NCBI GenBank assembly: GCA_028280115.1
Contig: JANQMJ010000021.1
Coordinates: 85,893-149,892 of the forward strand
Direction of reading: 5' to 3'
DNA length: 64,000 bases
Origin: Parvularculaceae bacterium
GTDB taxonomy: Bacteria > Pseudomonadota > Alphaproteobacteria > Caulobacterales > Parvularculaceae
A program made the position numbers and the translations under genes. Shown here piece after piece: positions 1 through 8,332 of the stretch (position 1 is its first letter; the number at the start of each line of letters is the position of its first letter). The notes under the pieces are model-generated. The model saw nothing but the letters and a program-made list of their open reading frames with translations. It had not been told where the DNA came from and searched no databases.

Positions 1-201
1 CGGATCGCTATAGCCGCGCGGCGTTTTGACGAAGATCTGATAGGTCCGGCTAAGTTCCTGAGATGAAATCGTATGAATCTCGGAATTGGGAATTTCAAAG
101 CCGGCTGACGCGGCGCGCGCGCCGGCCAAAACCAGAAAGAAGCCCAGGACGATCGCCGGCGCTAAAAGCGAGCATTTGATCGCAGCCAATCGACGCGCCA
201 A
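1..201 (-). CDS. secreted hypothetical protein, N-terminal part only (gene runs off the left edge); possibly esterase-family
   Basis: Not in the ORF track because there is no stop in the window. Minus-strand frame reads (TTG)ARRLAAIKCSLLAPAIVLGFFLVLAGARAASA/GFEIPNSEIHTISSQELSRTYQIFVKTPRGYSDP. This looks like a signal peptide, and a GGAG lies 6 nt upstream of the TTG at 201. Confidence 0.35.
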   Translation of the reverse strand, partial: MARRLAAIKCSLLAPAIVLGFFLVLAGARAASAGFEIPNSEIHTISSQELSRTYQIFVKTPRGYSDP

Positions 202-223
202 ACCATTTCTCCGCTGTTTGGTT

Positions 224-1438
224 TTATTTTCGCTTGCCCAGCAGTCTGAGCCGCAAAGCGTTCAGCTTGATAAAGCCTTCCGCGTCTTTTTGATCGTAGA
301 CCGCATCTTCTTCAAAGGTGACGTGTTCTTCGGAATAAAGCGAATGGGGCGACGATCTGCCGACCACATTCGCCGAGCCCTTATAGAGTTTGACCCGCAC
401 CGTCCCGTCGACATGCTCCTGGCTCTTGTCGATCAGGGCCTGGAGCATTTCCCGCTCCGGCGTGAACCAGAAGCCGTTATAGATCAGCTCTGCATAGCGC
501 GGCATGAGTTCGTCCTTAAGATGGGCCGCGCCACGATCAAGGGTAATCTGTTCGATCCCGCGATGGGCGGCGAGCAGGATCGTTCCCCCGGGGGTTTCAT
601 AAATCCCGCGCGATTTCATGCCCACAAAGCGGTTTTCCACAAGGTCGAGCCGGCCGACGCCATGCTTGCCGCCAAGTTCATTAAGTTTCGCGAGCAGCGC
701 CGCGGGGCTCAGCGCCTCGCCGTTCACCGACACTGCATCGCCGCGCTCAAAACCGATCTCCACATATTCCGGCTTGTCCGGCGCAGCCTCGGGATCGACC
801 GTGCGCTGATAAACGTATGACGGCGCTTCCTCGGCCGGGTCCTCGAGCACCTTTCCTTCAGAGGAGGCGTGCAGGAGATTGGCGTCGACGGAAAACGGCG
901 CCTCGCCGCGCTTGTCCCTGGGAATTTCGATCTGGTGTCTTTCCGCCCAGTCGATGAGCTTGGCTCGGGAATTGAGATCCCATTCCCGCCACGGCGCGAT
1001 GACGCGGATGTCGGGGTTGAGCGCATAGGCGTTGAGCTCGAAACGCACCTGATCGTTGCCCTTGCCCGTGGCGCCGTGGGCGATCGCGTCGGCGCCGGTT
1101 TCGGCCGCGATTTCAACCAGCCGCTTGGCGATCAGCGGCCGGGCGATGGACGTGCCGAGCAGATAAAGTCCCTCATACTGGGCGTTGGCGCGAAACATGG
1201 GGAACACGAAGTCGCGCACGAAGGTCTCGCGCAAATCCTCGATATGGATTTCCGTAACGCCGGCGCGCTCGGCCTTGCGCCGGGCGGGGTCGAGTTCCTC
1301 GCCCTGGCCGAGATCGGCGGTGAAGGTGACCACCTCGCAGCCATATTCGACCTGCAGCCATTTTAAGATCACCGACGTATCGAGCCCGCCGGAATAGGCG
1401 AGGACGACTTTGTCGATCTTTTCCTTTGGGCCGGTCAT
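224..1438 (-). CDS. argG: argininosuccinate synthase
   Basis: Track ORF 224..1648 trimmed to [22 protein letters not shown] (N-type ATP-PPase SGGLDTS motif). About 404 aa, the typical ArgG length, with conserved sequence throughout. Confidence 0.95.
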   Translation of the reverse strand: MTGPKEKIDKVVLAYSGGLDTSVILKWLQVEYGCEVVTFTADLGQGEELDPARRKAERAGVTEIHIEDLRETFVRDFVFPMFRANAQYEGLYLLGTSIARPLIAKRLVEIAAETGADAIAHGATGKGNDQVRFELNAYALNPDIRVIAPWREWDLNSRAKLIDWAERHQIEIPRDKRGEAPFSVDANLLHASSEGKVLEDPAEEAPSYVYQRTVDPEAAPDKPEYVEIGFERGDAVSVNGEALSPAALLAKLNELGGKHGVGRLDLVENRFVGMKSRGIYETPGGTILLAAHRGIEQITLDRGAAHLKDELMPRYAELIYNGFWFTPEREMLQALIDKSQEHVDGTVRVKLYKGSANVVGRSSPHSLYSEEHVTFEEDAVYDQKDAEGFIKLNALRLRLLGKRK

Positions 1439-1948
1439 GGGCGGGCGACGCTCCGAATGCTGCAAAGCAGCAATAGCGCGGGATCGGACCGAACGCCAGC
1501 GGCGCGCGCTTTGGGCGGGTTTTGCGGGAATGGCGGCCACGCGCCTCGAGCGGCGCGCCAGGCGCTGCGCATCAACTCGGCATGGCGCCCCAAAAGATTG
1601 CCCCTGAGTCTTACGGAATATTTGCGCAAAAGGCCCGCGCGCAAACAAACATATGAACCGTCATCGATTTTTGCGATAAAAACGGAAAGAAAAATTTCAG
1701 TTCACGCCAGGCTTCATTATCAAAACGATTTATTCTTTCCGCCCTTGTAATGAAAAAACACCTGTTGACGCGTCATTACACAAAACAATCTTTCATGAGA
1801 CTTTGATCGCCAAGCGCACGACTCTTCGGGGTATGCGTTTCAGAAATGCACTAAATGCGGGAAAAATATTCTGTTTGCGATTTTTTCTTGCCTTAAAGTT
1901 GTTTTTATGCCCAAATTCTCGCTGTAAGAGGGAAGTCTGGAGGGGTTA

Positions 1949-2335
1949 TTGGAAATGACCAACGTCGAAACATTCAAGCTCAATGATCGGGCCGATGAAG
2001 CCGATGTGCGCGAAGACCAGCAACAGCTGATCGAGGCCGAGATTGCGGTAATGGACGCCCTTGCCGCAACGCAAAAGGCCACGGCGGCTAGCGTCTCGTT
2101 CATTCGTAAACTAGGATTGTCTGTCGTACATCCCAGTGCGAGAAAACTATTGCAGAGCATTCCTGAGTTGAGCGCCAATGCAGCAACGCTTCCATTACAG
2201 CTTTCGGAATGCCATCGTCTTGCGGAAAGGATGGCGAAGGCCAGCGACAAGAAGGTCGTTATGTCCGGCGGAACGGGAAAAGACGCGCCCCCCGAAAGGA
2301 ACGTGGACCCGGTCGACGTTCCGGAATTCATGTGA
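1949..2335 (+). CDS. hypothetical protein (128 aa)
   Basis: ORF in an AT-richer islet. GGAGGGG at 1939-1945 precedes a TTG at 1949 and an ATG at 1955. It ends 21 nt before the next gene. No motif recognised. Confidence 0.5.
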   Translation: MEMTNVETFKLNDRADEADVREDQQQLIEAEIAVMDALAATQKATAASVSFIRKLGLSVVHPSARKLLQSIPELSANAATLPLQLSECHRLAERMAKASDKKVVMSGGTGKDAPPERNVDPVDVPEFM

Positions 2336-2356
2336 CGCCTTCGCCAACAGGGAGTA

Positions 2357-3163
2357 ATGGATCACTACCTATTTTTCTTCCTGTTCTATTTTGGATTGTC
2401 GGCCTCGGTTGCGACCATCGCAATATTGTGGGGCAGCCATAGTAAAATTACGGGCGCCGGTCTGGTGCTGGCGTCCGTTCCCATATCCAACGTCATATTG
2501 CTGCTCTACCGACTTGGGCAGATCGAACTAAAGCATTATCCGCTTGGCTTTGCGGTTCTTGATATCGCCCTGCTTGGGGCTTTCTATCTGATATACAAAC
2601 GATCCCTTCGCTGGCAGCCAAATCGATGGGCGGCGGTGGTCGCCATTATCCACGGCGCCATGGCGTCGGTTAATATTGCCGGTTACGCATTTCCAGATGT
2701 CGCCGCGCCCGGGACATATCGCCTGACGCTTAATTTGCTGCTCGTTGCGGCGCTGGTGGCTTGCTTAGTAGGCTTTACGCCCAAGAGCATCGATGAAGCC
2801 AGGGGCATTCTCAAGCTGAAATGGATGTACTTTAAGTCCGATATTTTCCATAGATGGTCTGCGCGACTAGGTTTGACGGGAATAAGGCCTATGCCAATGC
2901 GTTCAAAAAATATCGACCCCAAGGAATTCGACAAGATTTGCGGGATGAAAATCCGCGAGGCCAGAATTGTGGCCGACCTTACGCAGAAACAACTTGGCGA
3001 TGAGATGGGCTTTTCTGCTTCTCAGATCCAGAAATTCGAAAGCGGCGCCAATCGCATTTCCGCAAGTCTTTTGTATGCGTTCGCAAAATTCTTCAAAAAA
3101 GACACCAGTTTCTTTTACGAGACCGTCGACCAGGAATTGCAGACCAAACCGGCCGAGGGTTAA
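2357..3163 (+). CDS. membrane-anchored XRE-family transcriptional regulator (about 5 TM N-terminal domain plus C-terminal HTH)
   Basis: AGGGAG RBS at 2349-2354. About five hydrophobic segments in the first 145 aa. The C-terminus reads KIREARIVADLTQKQLGDEMGFSASQIQKFESGANRISASLLYAFAKFF, an XRE/Cro-type HTH. Confidence 0.7.
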   Translation: MDHYLFFFLFYFGLSASVATIAILWGSHSKITGAGLVLASVPISNVILLLYRLGQIELKHYPLGFAVLDIALLGAFYLIYKRSLRWQPNRWAAVVAIIHGAMASVNIAGYAFPDVAAPGTYRLTLNLLLVAALVACLVGFTPKSIDEARGILKLKWMYFKSDIFHRWSARLGLTGIRPMPMRSKNIDPKEFDKICGMKIREARIVADLTQKQLGDEMGFSASQIQKFESGANRISASLLYAFAKFFKKDTSFFYETVDQELQTKPAEG

Positions 3164-3315
3164 GCCGCGAAAGACGATAAGGCCCTGGGGCGCGCCTGTT
3201 TACTGTCGGCCATAGCGCAGGCGGCGGCGCGAACGTTATGATGAGACGCTATTGCGGCGCCGTTGCGCCGGGGCCGGCTGCGACCAGCCGCTCCTCGCGC
3301 GCGATAAAACGATTT

Positions 3316-3335
3316 GCCCGGCCCGGCCCGGCCCG
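3316..3335. repeat. pentanucleotide microsatellite (GCCCG)x4
   Basis: Perfect tandem gcccg gcccg gcccg gcccg, ending 44 nt upstream of the ATG at 3379. Confidence 0.9.
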
Positions 3336-3378
3336 ATAGCATTGCTACGAATGTAACGCGGGATTGGGAGGGCTCATC

Positions 3379-4425
3379 ATGCGCGTTTTATCGGGATTAT
3401 GGCTCGCGGTCGGCGCGGGCGCAGTTGCATCCTGCGCGGCAGCGCAGCCGCTGACGACTTATCGCAATGTCGACGCCATCGTCGTCAAGGATTTCATCGG
3501 CACGGTGACGATCGATGTCAGCGACGAGGCTTCCGCCGCGCTGACGGTCGCCAAGGGCGAAGACGACGCTTATCCGGTGATTACAGACAAGGACGGCACG
3601 GTCCTTTCCGTGCGCAGCGATGAGAATCCGGACCGGACCCGTTGGCGCCGCGACGTGCAATGGCGCCTCCACAAGGATCGCGCCTTTGAAAAGTTTCTTG
3701 AAGATTATCCCACGCTCGCCTTCTCGGTCCCGCCTGGAACCGCCGTGTCTTTCGACAGCGCGGTCGTAAGCCTTGACGCCGGCGATGTCGGCGGCGCCTT
3801 CAGCGTGCGCGGCGGGCATGTGGACGGCGAAATCGGCGATGTCGCCGAAGCGGAAATCGGCATTCACGGCTCGGCCGATTTGATCGTCGGCGATGTCGCG
3901 CAACGGCTTGATATCTCCATCCACGGATCGGGCGACTTTGAAGCGGGCGAGGCCGCCCGCCTTATCGCGCGCATTCACGGTTCCGGCGACATTACGCTTG
4001 GCGACGTCGCCAGCGACGCCGATACGAGCATCCACGGTTCAGGCGATATCGAACTCGGCAAGGTCGGCGGCGCGTTCACCCTCGACAGCCATGGATCGGG
4101 CGACGTCGAGGTCGGCCCCGTGGGCGACGGCGCGGAGATTGAAATCTTCGGCTCAAGCGGGGTTTCGATCGACGACATTGCAGGCGAAACAGAAGTCGCC
4201 ATCAACGGCAGCGGCGACGTGCGTATTGACGGCGGCCGCGCGGAAAATCTTCGCGTGCGGATTCGCGGATCCGGCGACTTCGACCTCGACGGGGTGGCGG
4301 TCAATCCGGACGTTTCCGTCCACGGTTCCGGCGATATCCGCATCCGCCGGCACGAAGGCACGCTCTACGCCCGCGGCGACGGCGACATAAGGATCGGCAG
4401 GGTTCGCTACGGCGACGACGACTAA
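3379..4425 (+). CDS. secreted beta-helix repeat protein, DUF2807/DUF4097 (GIN-domain putative adhesin)-like
   Basis: GGGAGGG RBS precedes the ATG at 3379. Signal peptide MRVLSGLWLAVGAGAVASCAAA. At least 10 periodic (I/V)HGSGD(I/F/V) units occur in the C-terminal two thirds. Confidence 0.75.
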   Translation: MRVLSGLWLAVGAGAVASCAAAQPLTTYRNVDAIVVKDFIGTVTIDVSDEASAALTVAKGEDDAYPVITDKDGTVLSVRSDENPDRTRWRRDVQWRLHKDRAFEKFLEDYPTLAFSVPPGTAVSFDSAVVSLDAGDVGGAFSVRGGHVDGEIGDVAEAEIGIHGSADLIVGDVAQRLDISIHGSGDFEAGEAARLIARIHGSGDITLGDVASDADTSIHGSGDIELGKVGGAFTLDSHGSGDVEVGPVGDGAEIEIFGSSGVSIDDIAGETEVAINGSGDVRIDGGRAENLRVRIRGSGDFDLDGVAVNPDVSVHGSGDIRIRRHEGTLYARGDGDIRIGRVRYGDDD

Positions 4426-4437
4426 AGCGCCAGCGGC

Positions 4438-5757
4438 TTATTCCTGATCGAACAGCATCATCGCGGAGATCGTCATCGCCTCCACGGCGGTGGTGATCGA
4501 CGGTTCCGGTTCGATCTTGAAAAACGGCGAATGGTGCGAGGGCGCGTCCTTGACGTCTTTTTCAGGCGTGCCGCCGACATTGAAATAAACCCCATTAACG
4601 CCGGTATCCGGCGTGACGAAATAGGCAAAATCCTCCGCGCCCATCCCTTGGCGCGGTTTGTCGATAAGATAGCCGTCGCCCATTTTCTCTGTAATCGCCG
4701 CGCGCACCAATTCCGCCGTCGGCTTGTCGTTGATGGTCGGCGGCGTTGTTTCCGTCTTGGAACGGATCACTTCCGGCATCAGCTTTCTGGGCACGCCCAT
4801 GGAGACGGCGACGCCTTCAACGACCCGGTCGATGCCGTCGAGAAGCTGCTGGCGGATCTCTTCATTGTTGGATCGCACGGTGAGCTGCATCTCAACACGG
4901 TCGCTGATGATATTGTGTTTGCTGCCGCCGTTGATGGCCCCGACGGTGATGACGCCGGCTTCCTGAGGATTGATCGTGCGCGAAACGATCGATTGCAGGG
5001 ATACGACGATCTGGGATGCGATCAGCACCGGATCGATCCCCTTGTGCGGCGAAGCGCCGTGCGCGCCGACGCCGTGCACGACAATGTCGACGCTGTCCGA
5101 GCTTGAAGCGCGGATGCCGAGCGGGACTTCGATGCGGCCCGAGGGCGTGCCCGCGGAAACATGAAAGGCAAGCGCGTAGTCGGGCTTGGGAAAGCGCTTG
5201 TAAAGCCCGTCTTCGAGCATGGCGCGGGCGCCGGAAATGCGTTCTTCGGCGGGCTGGCCGATGAGCACCAGCGTGCCCGACCATTGATCCTTGCGCGCCA
5301 TCATCTGACGCGCGGTCCCGACCAGCCCGGTGATGTGCGTGTCGTGACCGCAGGCGTGCATCACCGGCTTGACGACGCCGTCGATATCTTCCTGGGTCGC
5401 GGTCGATATGTAGGGAAGGTCCGTATCTTCCTTGATCGGCAGGCCGTCCATGTCGGCGCGGATCATCACCGTGGGCCCGTCGCCGTTTTTAAGGACCGCG
5501 ACAATGCCCGTGCCGCCGACGCCTTCCGTCACCTCATAGCCGAGCGCGCGGATTTCCGCTGCGAGCCGCTTGGCGGTTTCGAACTCGCGATGGGAAAGCT
5601 CCGGGTTCTGATGGAAATGCTCGAACAGTGCGCGCAAATTGGCGTCATAGTCCGCGGCGATGGCGGCGCGCAGGTCCGACTGGGCATGCGCCGGCGCAGC
5701 GACGGCGAGCGCGGCGACAGCGACGGCGGTAATTGAAACGACGGTTTTGAATTTCAT
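4438..5757 (-). CDS. M20D-family amidohydrolase (hippurate hydrolase / N-acyl-amino-acid amidohydrolase-like), secreted
   Basis: Signal peptide MKFKTVVSITAVAVAALAVAAPAHA. Motifs MHACGHDTH and GQPAEE are typical of the M20 peptidase/amidohydrolase family. Confidence 0.85.
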   Translation of the reverse strand: MKFKTVVSITAVAVAALAVAAPAHAQSDLRAAIAADYDANLRALFEHFHQNPELSHREFETAKRLAAEIRALGYEVTEGVGGTGIVAVLKNGDGPTVMIRADMDGLPIKEDTDLPYISTATQEDIDGVVKPVMHACGHDTHITGLVGTARQMMARKDQWSGTLVLIGQPAEERISGARAMLEDGLYKRFPKPDYALAFHVSAGTPSGRIEVPLGIRASSSDSVDIVVHGVGAHGASPHKGIDPVLIASQIVVSLQSIVSRTINPQEAGVITVGAINGGSKHNIISDRVEMQLTVRSNNEEIRQQLLDGIDRVVEGVAVSMGVPRKLMPEVIRSKTETTPPTINDKPTAELVRAAITEKMGDGYLIDKPRQGMGAEDFAYFVTPDTGVNGVYFNVGGTPEKDVKDAPSHHSPFFKIEPEPSITTAVEAMTISAMMLFDQE

Positions 5758-5844
5758 GGAAGCGCCCTCCAGACCCGGAATGTGCGCGATGATAGGGACG
5801 AACGCAGGCCCGGTAAATTGCAGCGTGTTTGCCCGCTCCAGCTT

Positions 5845-5990
5845 TTTATCCAGAGTTGGCCATAGCGCGCTCCCTTGCCTTTATCCGGGCCGGTCATGGC
5901 CGCCCGGTTTTATCCGGGGCTGGCCTTCGCCCGCTTTACCCGATCCCGGGCCGGCCTAGGCGCTCCCTCGCATTTAGCCCGGCTTGATCC
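5845..5990. repeat. degenerate tandem (iteron-like) array, five units starting TTTA(T/C/G)CC
   Basis: Units start at 5845, 5880, 5909, 5935 and 5973, with spacing of 35/29/26/38 bp. Units 1 and 4 also share tag(c)gcgctccct. Confidence 0.6.
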
Positions 5991-6008
5991 TATCATGGTA
6001 CCATGATA
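5991..6008. promoter_or_regulatory. 18-bp perfect palindrome TATCATGGTACCATGATA, putative operator
   Basis: Self-complementary over all 18 nt. It overlaps the first ATG (6003) of the RHH ORF and lies 10 nt before the second ATG (6018). Confidence 0.6.
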
Positions 6009-6281
6009 CTAAACCCCATGACCGAATATCGAAAATCCGTCGCCCGCGTCCAGACCGGCGTGCGCATCGAAAAGCGCATTCTCAAAACGCTGAAAATTAT
6101 CGCCGCCCATAAGGACATGTCGTTGGGCGATCTTCTGGAGGGTATCGTGCTTAACGCCTTTGAAGGAAAGGCCGCTTTCGGCAAAGAAACGTTGGCGATG
6201 ATCGTCGAGACGAAAAAGGCCGTGGGTCTCGACCTGACCGCCGCCGATAGTCACAAACTTCTGGAATCAAATAGTAATTAG
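6003..6281 (+). CDS. ribbon-helix-helix (CopG/Arc-like) DNA-binding protein
   Basis: TGVRIEKRILKTLKIIAAHKDMSLGDLLEGIVLNAF fits a beta-strand/helix/helix RHH pattern. The true start may be the ATG at 6018 (MTEYRKS). Confidence 0.55.
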   Translation: MILNPMTEYRKSVARVQTGVRIEKRILKTLKIIAAHKDMSLGDLLEGIVLNAFEGKAAFGKETLAMIVETKKAVGLDLTAADSHKLLESNSN

Positions 6282-6292
6282 AGCTTTTCCCC

Positions 6293-6796
6293 ATGACGAT
6301 CAGAATCGAACCGCCCTATCGCCGCAAGCAGACCGCGACCATTCATGTGGCCGCCGCCCCGGACGCCGTTTTCGCGCTGATGTGTCCGGTGCGCGAATAT
6401 GAATGGGAGCCGGGCTGGACGACCAATCTCATCCTGTCGAATTCAGGGCTTGTGGAAGAAGACTGCATCTTCACGACGCCGGGCGGCGCGTCGGCCGGCA
6501 GCAATGGGGCGAGCCCGGAGGCGATTTGGGGGACGCCGCTCCATGACCCCGAAAACCGCCGGCTGGTCATGATCAAGGTGACGCCCGGGGAATGCGTGAC
6601 CCGCCTAGACATCGCCGTCGATCAAACGCCGCAGGGCGCGGCGGTGACCGCGTCTTACGAACATACCGCGCTTTCCCGCGCCGGGCGGGCGCTGGTCGAC
6701 GGCCATACCAAGGCGCGTTACGCGGCGATGATGGCGGGCTGGCGGGCCGCGATCGAAAAGCGCCTCGGCGAAGAACCAGCGGCGGTCGCGGCCTGA
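6293..6796 (+). CDS. SRPBCC (START/polyketide-cyclase-like) family protein
   Basis: 167 aa, starting 12 nt after the RHH gene. The sequence pattern (IHVAAAPDAVFALMCPVREYEWEPGW...) is typical of SRPBCC ligand-binding proteins. Confidence 0.6.
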   Translation: MTIRIEPPYRRKQTATIHVAAAPDAVFALMCPVREYEWEPGWTTNLILSNSGLVEEDCIFTTPGGASAGSNGASPEAIWGTPLHDPENRRLVMIKVTPGECVTRLDIAVDQTPQGAAVTASYEHTALSRAGRALVDGHTKARYAAMMAGWRAAIEKRLGEEPAAVAA

Positions 6797-6950
6797 AGCG
6801 CCAGGCGTAAGACTCGCTACGCAAACTTTCTCCCGTCCCGATTTCCGCGACGAACGCCGGTCTCCAGAACTGCAGCGGCTGCGCTGAACAGTCGGGTGCC
6901 GGCTCTTCATTCTGCGCCTGTCGAAGAACGCCGCCCGGCGCGCAACCCTG

Positions 6951-6996
6951 TTGACAAAATCGTTTATTTATACAAATATTTCTACAAATATTTGTA
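6951..6996 (+). promoter_or_regulatory. putative marR promoter with overlapping operator
   Basis: TTGACA at 6951-6956 is followed by an AT-rich -10 region. Direct repeat TACAAATATTT at 6971 and 6983; the second copy forms the perfect 14-bp palindrome TACAAATATTTGTA (6983-6996). Confidence 0.55.
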
Positions 6997-7013
6997 AATA
7001 TGGCGACAGCCCT

Positions 7014-7514
7014 ATGCCGTTTCAAACGCCGGCCTATCTCGGTCTCCACCTCGTTCAGCTGCTTTCCACGGTGGAATCGCAGGCCGATGAATTACTCAAA
7101 GAGCACGGATTTGAAGCGCCGTCGCGCATCTGTTCCGTGTTGATCGCGCTTGAAGATAGCGGGCCATGCGCCATTGCCGACGTTGCGCGCAAGCTGCGCA
7201 TCTCTCACCAACTTGTCAGCCATCGGATTAACGTTCTGCTCAAGCTCAGATGGGCGAAAACCTGTGCAAACCCTGACGATGCGCGCAAGGTGGATATCCG
7301 CCTGACGCGCAAGGGAAAGGAAGGGGCAAAGCGCCTGTCCCTTATCAGCGAACGCGCCGGGCAAGCCTATATGGCGCTGTTTGAGGAAATCGGGATCGAC
7401 TACGCGGCGGCGACGCTTCGCACGCACGCGGCCTTATTGGACCGACCGCTCAATCTGCGCATACGCGACGTTCAAGATTCAAAACGTACAAGGGCAAGGA
7501 GAGCGGCGCGATGA
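7014..7514 (+). CDS. MarR-family transcriptional regulator
   Basis: Track ORF 6951..7514 trimmed to the ATG at 7014 (MPFQTPAYLG), because 6951-7013 looks like a promoter/operator. Winged-HTH segment IADVARKLRISHQLVSHRINVLLKLRW. Confidence 0.8.
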   Translation: MPFQTPAYLGLHLVQLLSTVESQADELLKEHGFEAPSRICSVLIALEDSGPCAIADVARKLRISHQLVSHRINVLLKLRWAKTCANPDDARKVDIRLTRKGKEGAKRLSLISERAGQAYMALFEEIGIDYAAATLRTHAALLDRPLNLRIRDVQDSKRTRARRAAR

Positions 7515-8221
7515 ACGGTTCGTCTCGCCTCTTTGCAGCGTTTGAAATCGCGATCGTCCTTGCTGTCTTCGTCTCGGTGAAAGCGGCCTTCGATCCCTAC
7601 ACATGGAAATATTCAAGCGTCATTGCGGGATTTACGACCCTGGCGGCGGCCACGCTGCTGCTTCATTTTCGCAAGGACAATTGGTCCAATCTTGGATTGA
7701 GATTGCGCGGGCCGACCTCTTTGCGGGCGTTCTTCGTTACGACCGGTCAGATACTTATCATTTTCGTCGTCTCTGTCGGGCTCGGTTATGCGGCCGCCTT
7801 GCTCGCCGGCCTATATTTCGAACGCCCGCCCGAAACCGACGATCGCTTCGGCGATTTGGCGGGCAATCTGCCTTTGTTTTTGTGGTGGCTCCTGATCGCC
7901 TGGAGCCTTGGCGGATTTATGGAAGAGATGGTTTTCCGCGGCTATCTTATTACAAAGCTTGAGACCGCTTTCGCCGGCGGCGCGCCGAAACGGAATTTTT
8001 CTCCAGCTTCAATCGCCGCCGTTGTTGTTTCAGCTTTATTGTTCGGGCTTGTGCATCTTTATTATCGCGGCGCGCAGGGCGCGATCAGCCTCGCCGTTGT
8101 CGGATTGATCTTGGGGCTTTTTTATCTTGCTTTCAACCGAACCCTCTGGCCGCTCATCATCACCCATGGCGGCGTCAATTCGCTGGCGATTTTGGGACGC
8201 TATCTGGGGCAAGATTGGTGA
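7511..8221 (+). CDS. CPBP-family intramembrane glutamic endopeptidase (CAAX protease/Abi-like)
   Basis: ATGA overlap with marR. Multi-TM protein with EEMVFRGYL (EExxxR) and FGLVHLYY (FxxxH) motifs. Confidence 0.85.
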   Translation: MNGSSRLFAAFEIAIVLAVFVSVKAAFDPYTWKYSSVIAGFTTLAAATLLLHFRKDNWSNLGLRLRGPTSLRAFFVTTGQILIIFVVSVGLGYAAALLAGLYFERPPETDDRFGDLAGNLPLFLWWLLIAWSLGGFMEEMVFRGYLITKLETAFAGGAPKRNFSPASIAAVVVSALLFGLVHLYYRGAQGAISLAVVGLILGLFYLAFNRTLWPLIITHGGVNSLAILGRYLGQDW

Positions 8222-8332
8222 CGCAAAGGCGCGCCCTTGCGCTCTCATCTCAAACGACGCGGTCGCGTCAGCTTGCCAAGGCGGAGGGATTATGATCGGT
8301 TCCGGGCGCTGCACATCGGAAGGAGCGCCGCC

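Noticed and set aside
86-820. 244-aa plus-strand ORF at the left end.
   Set aside because: It is antisense to the argG 3' half and to the partial secreted-protein gene, and has no motifs. argG on the other strand is unambiguous.
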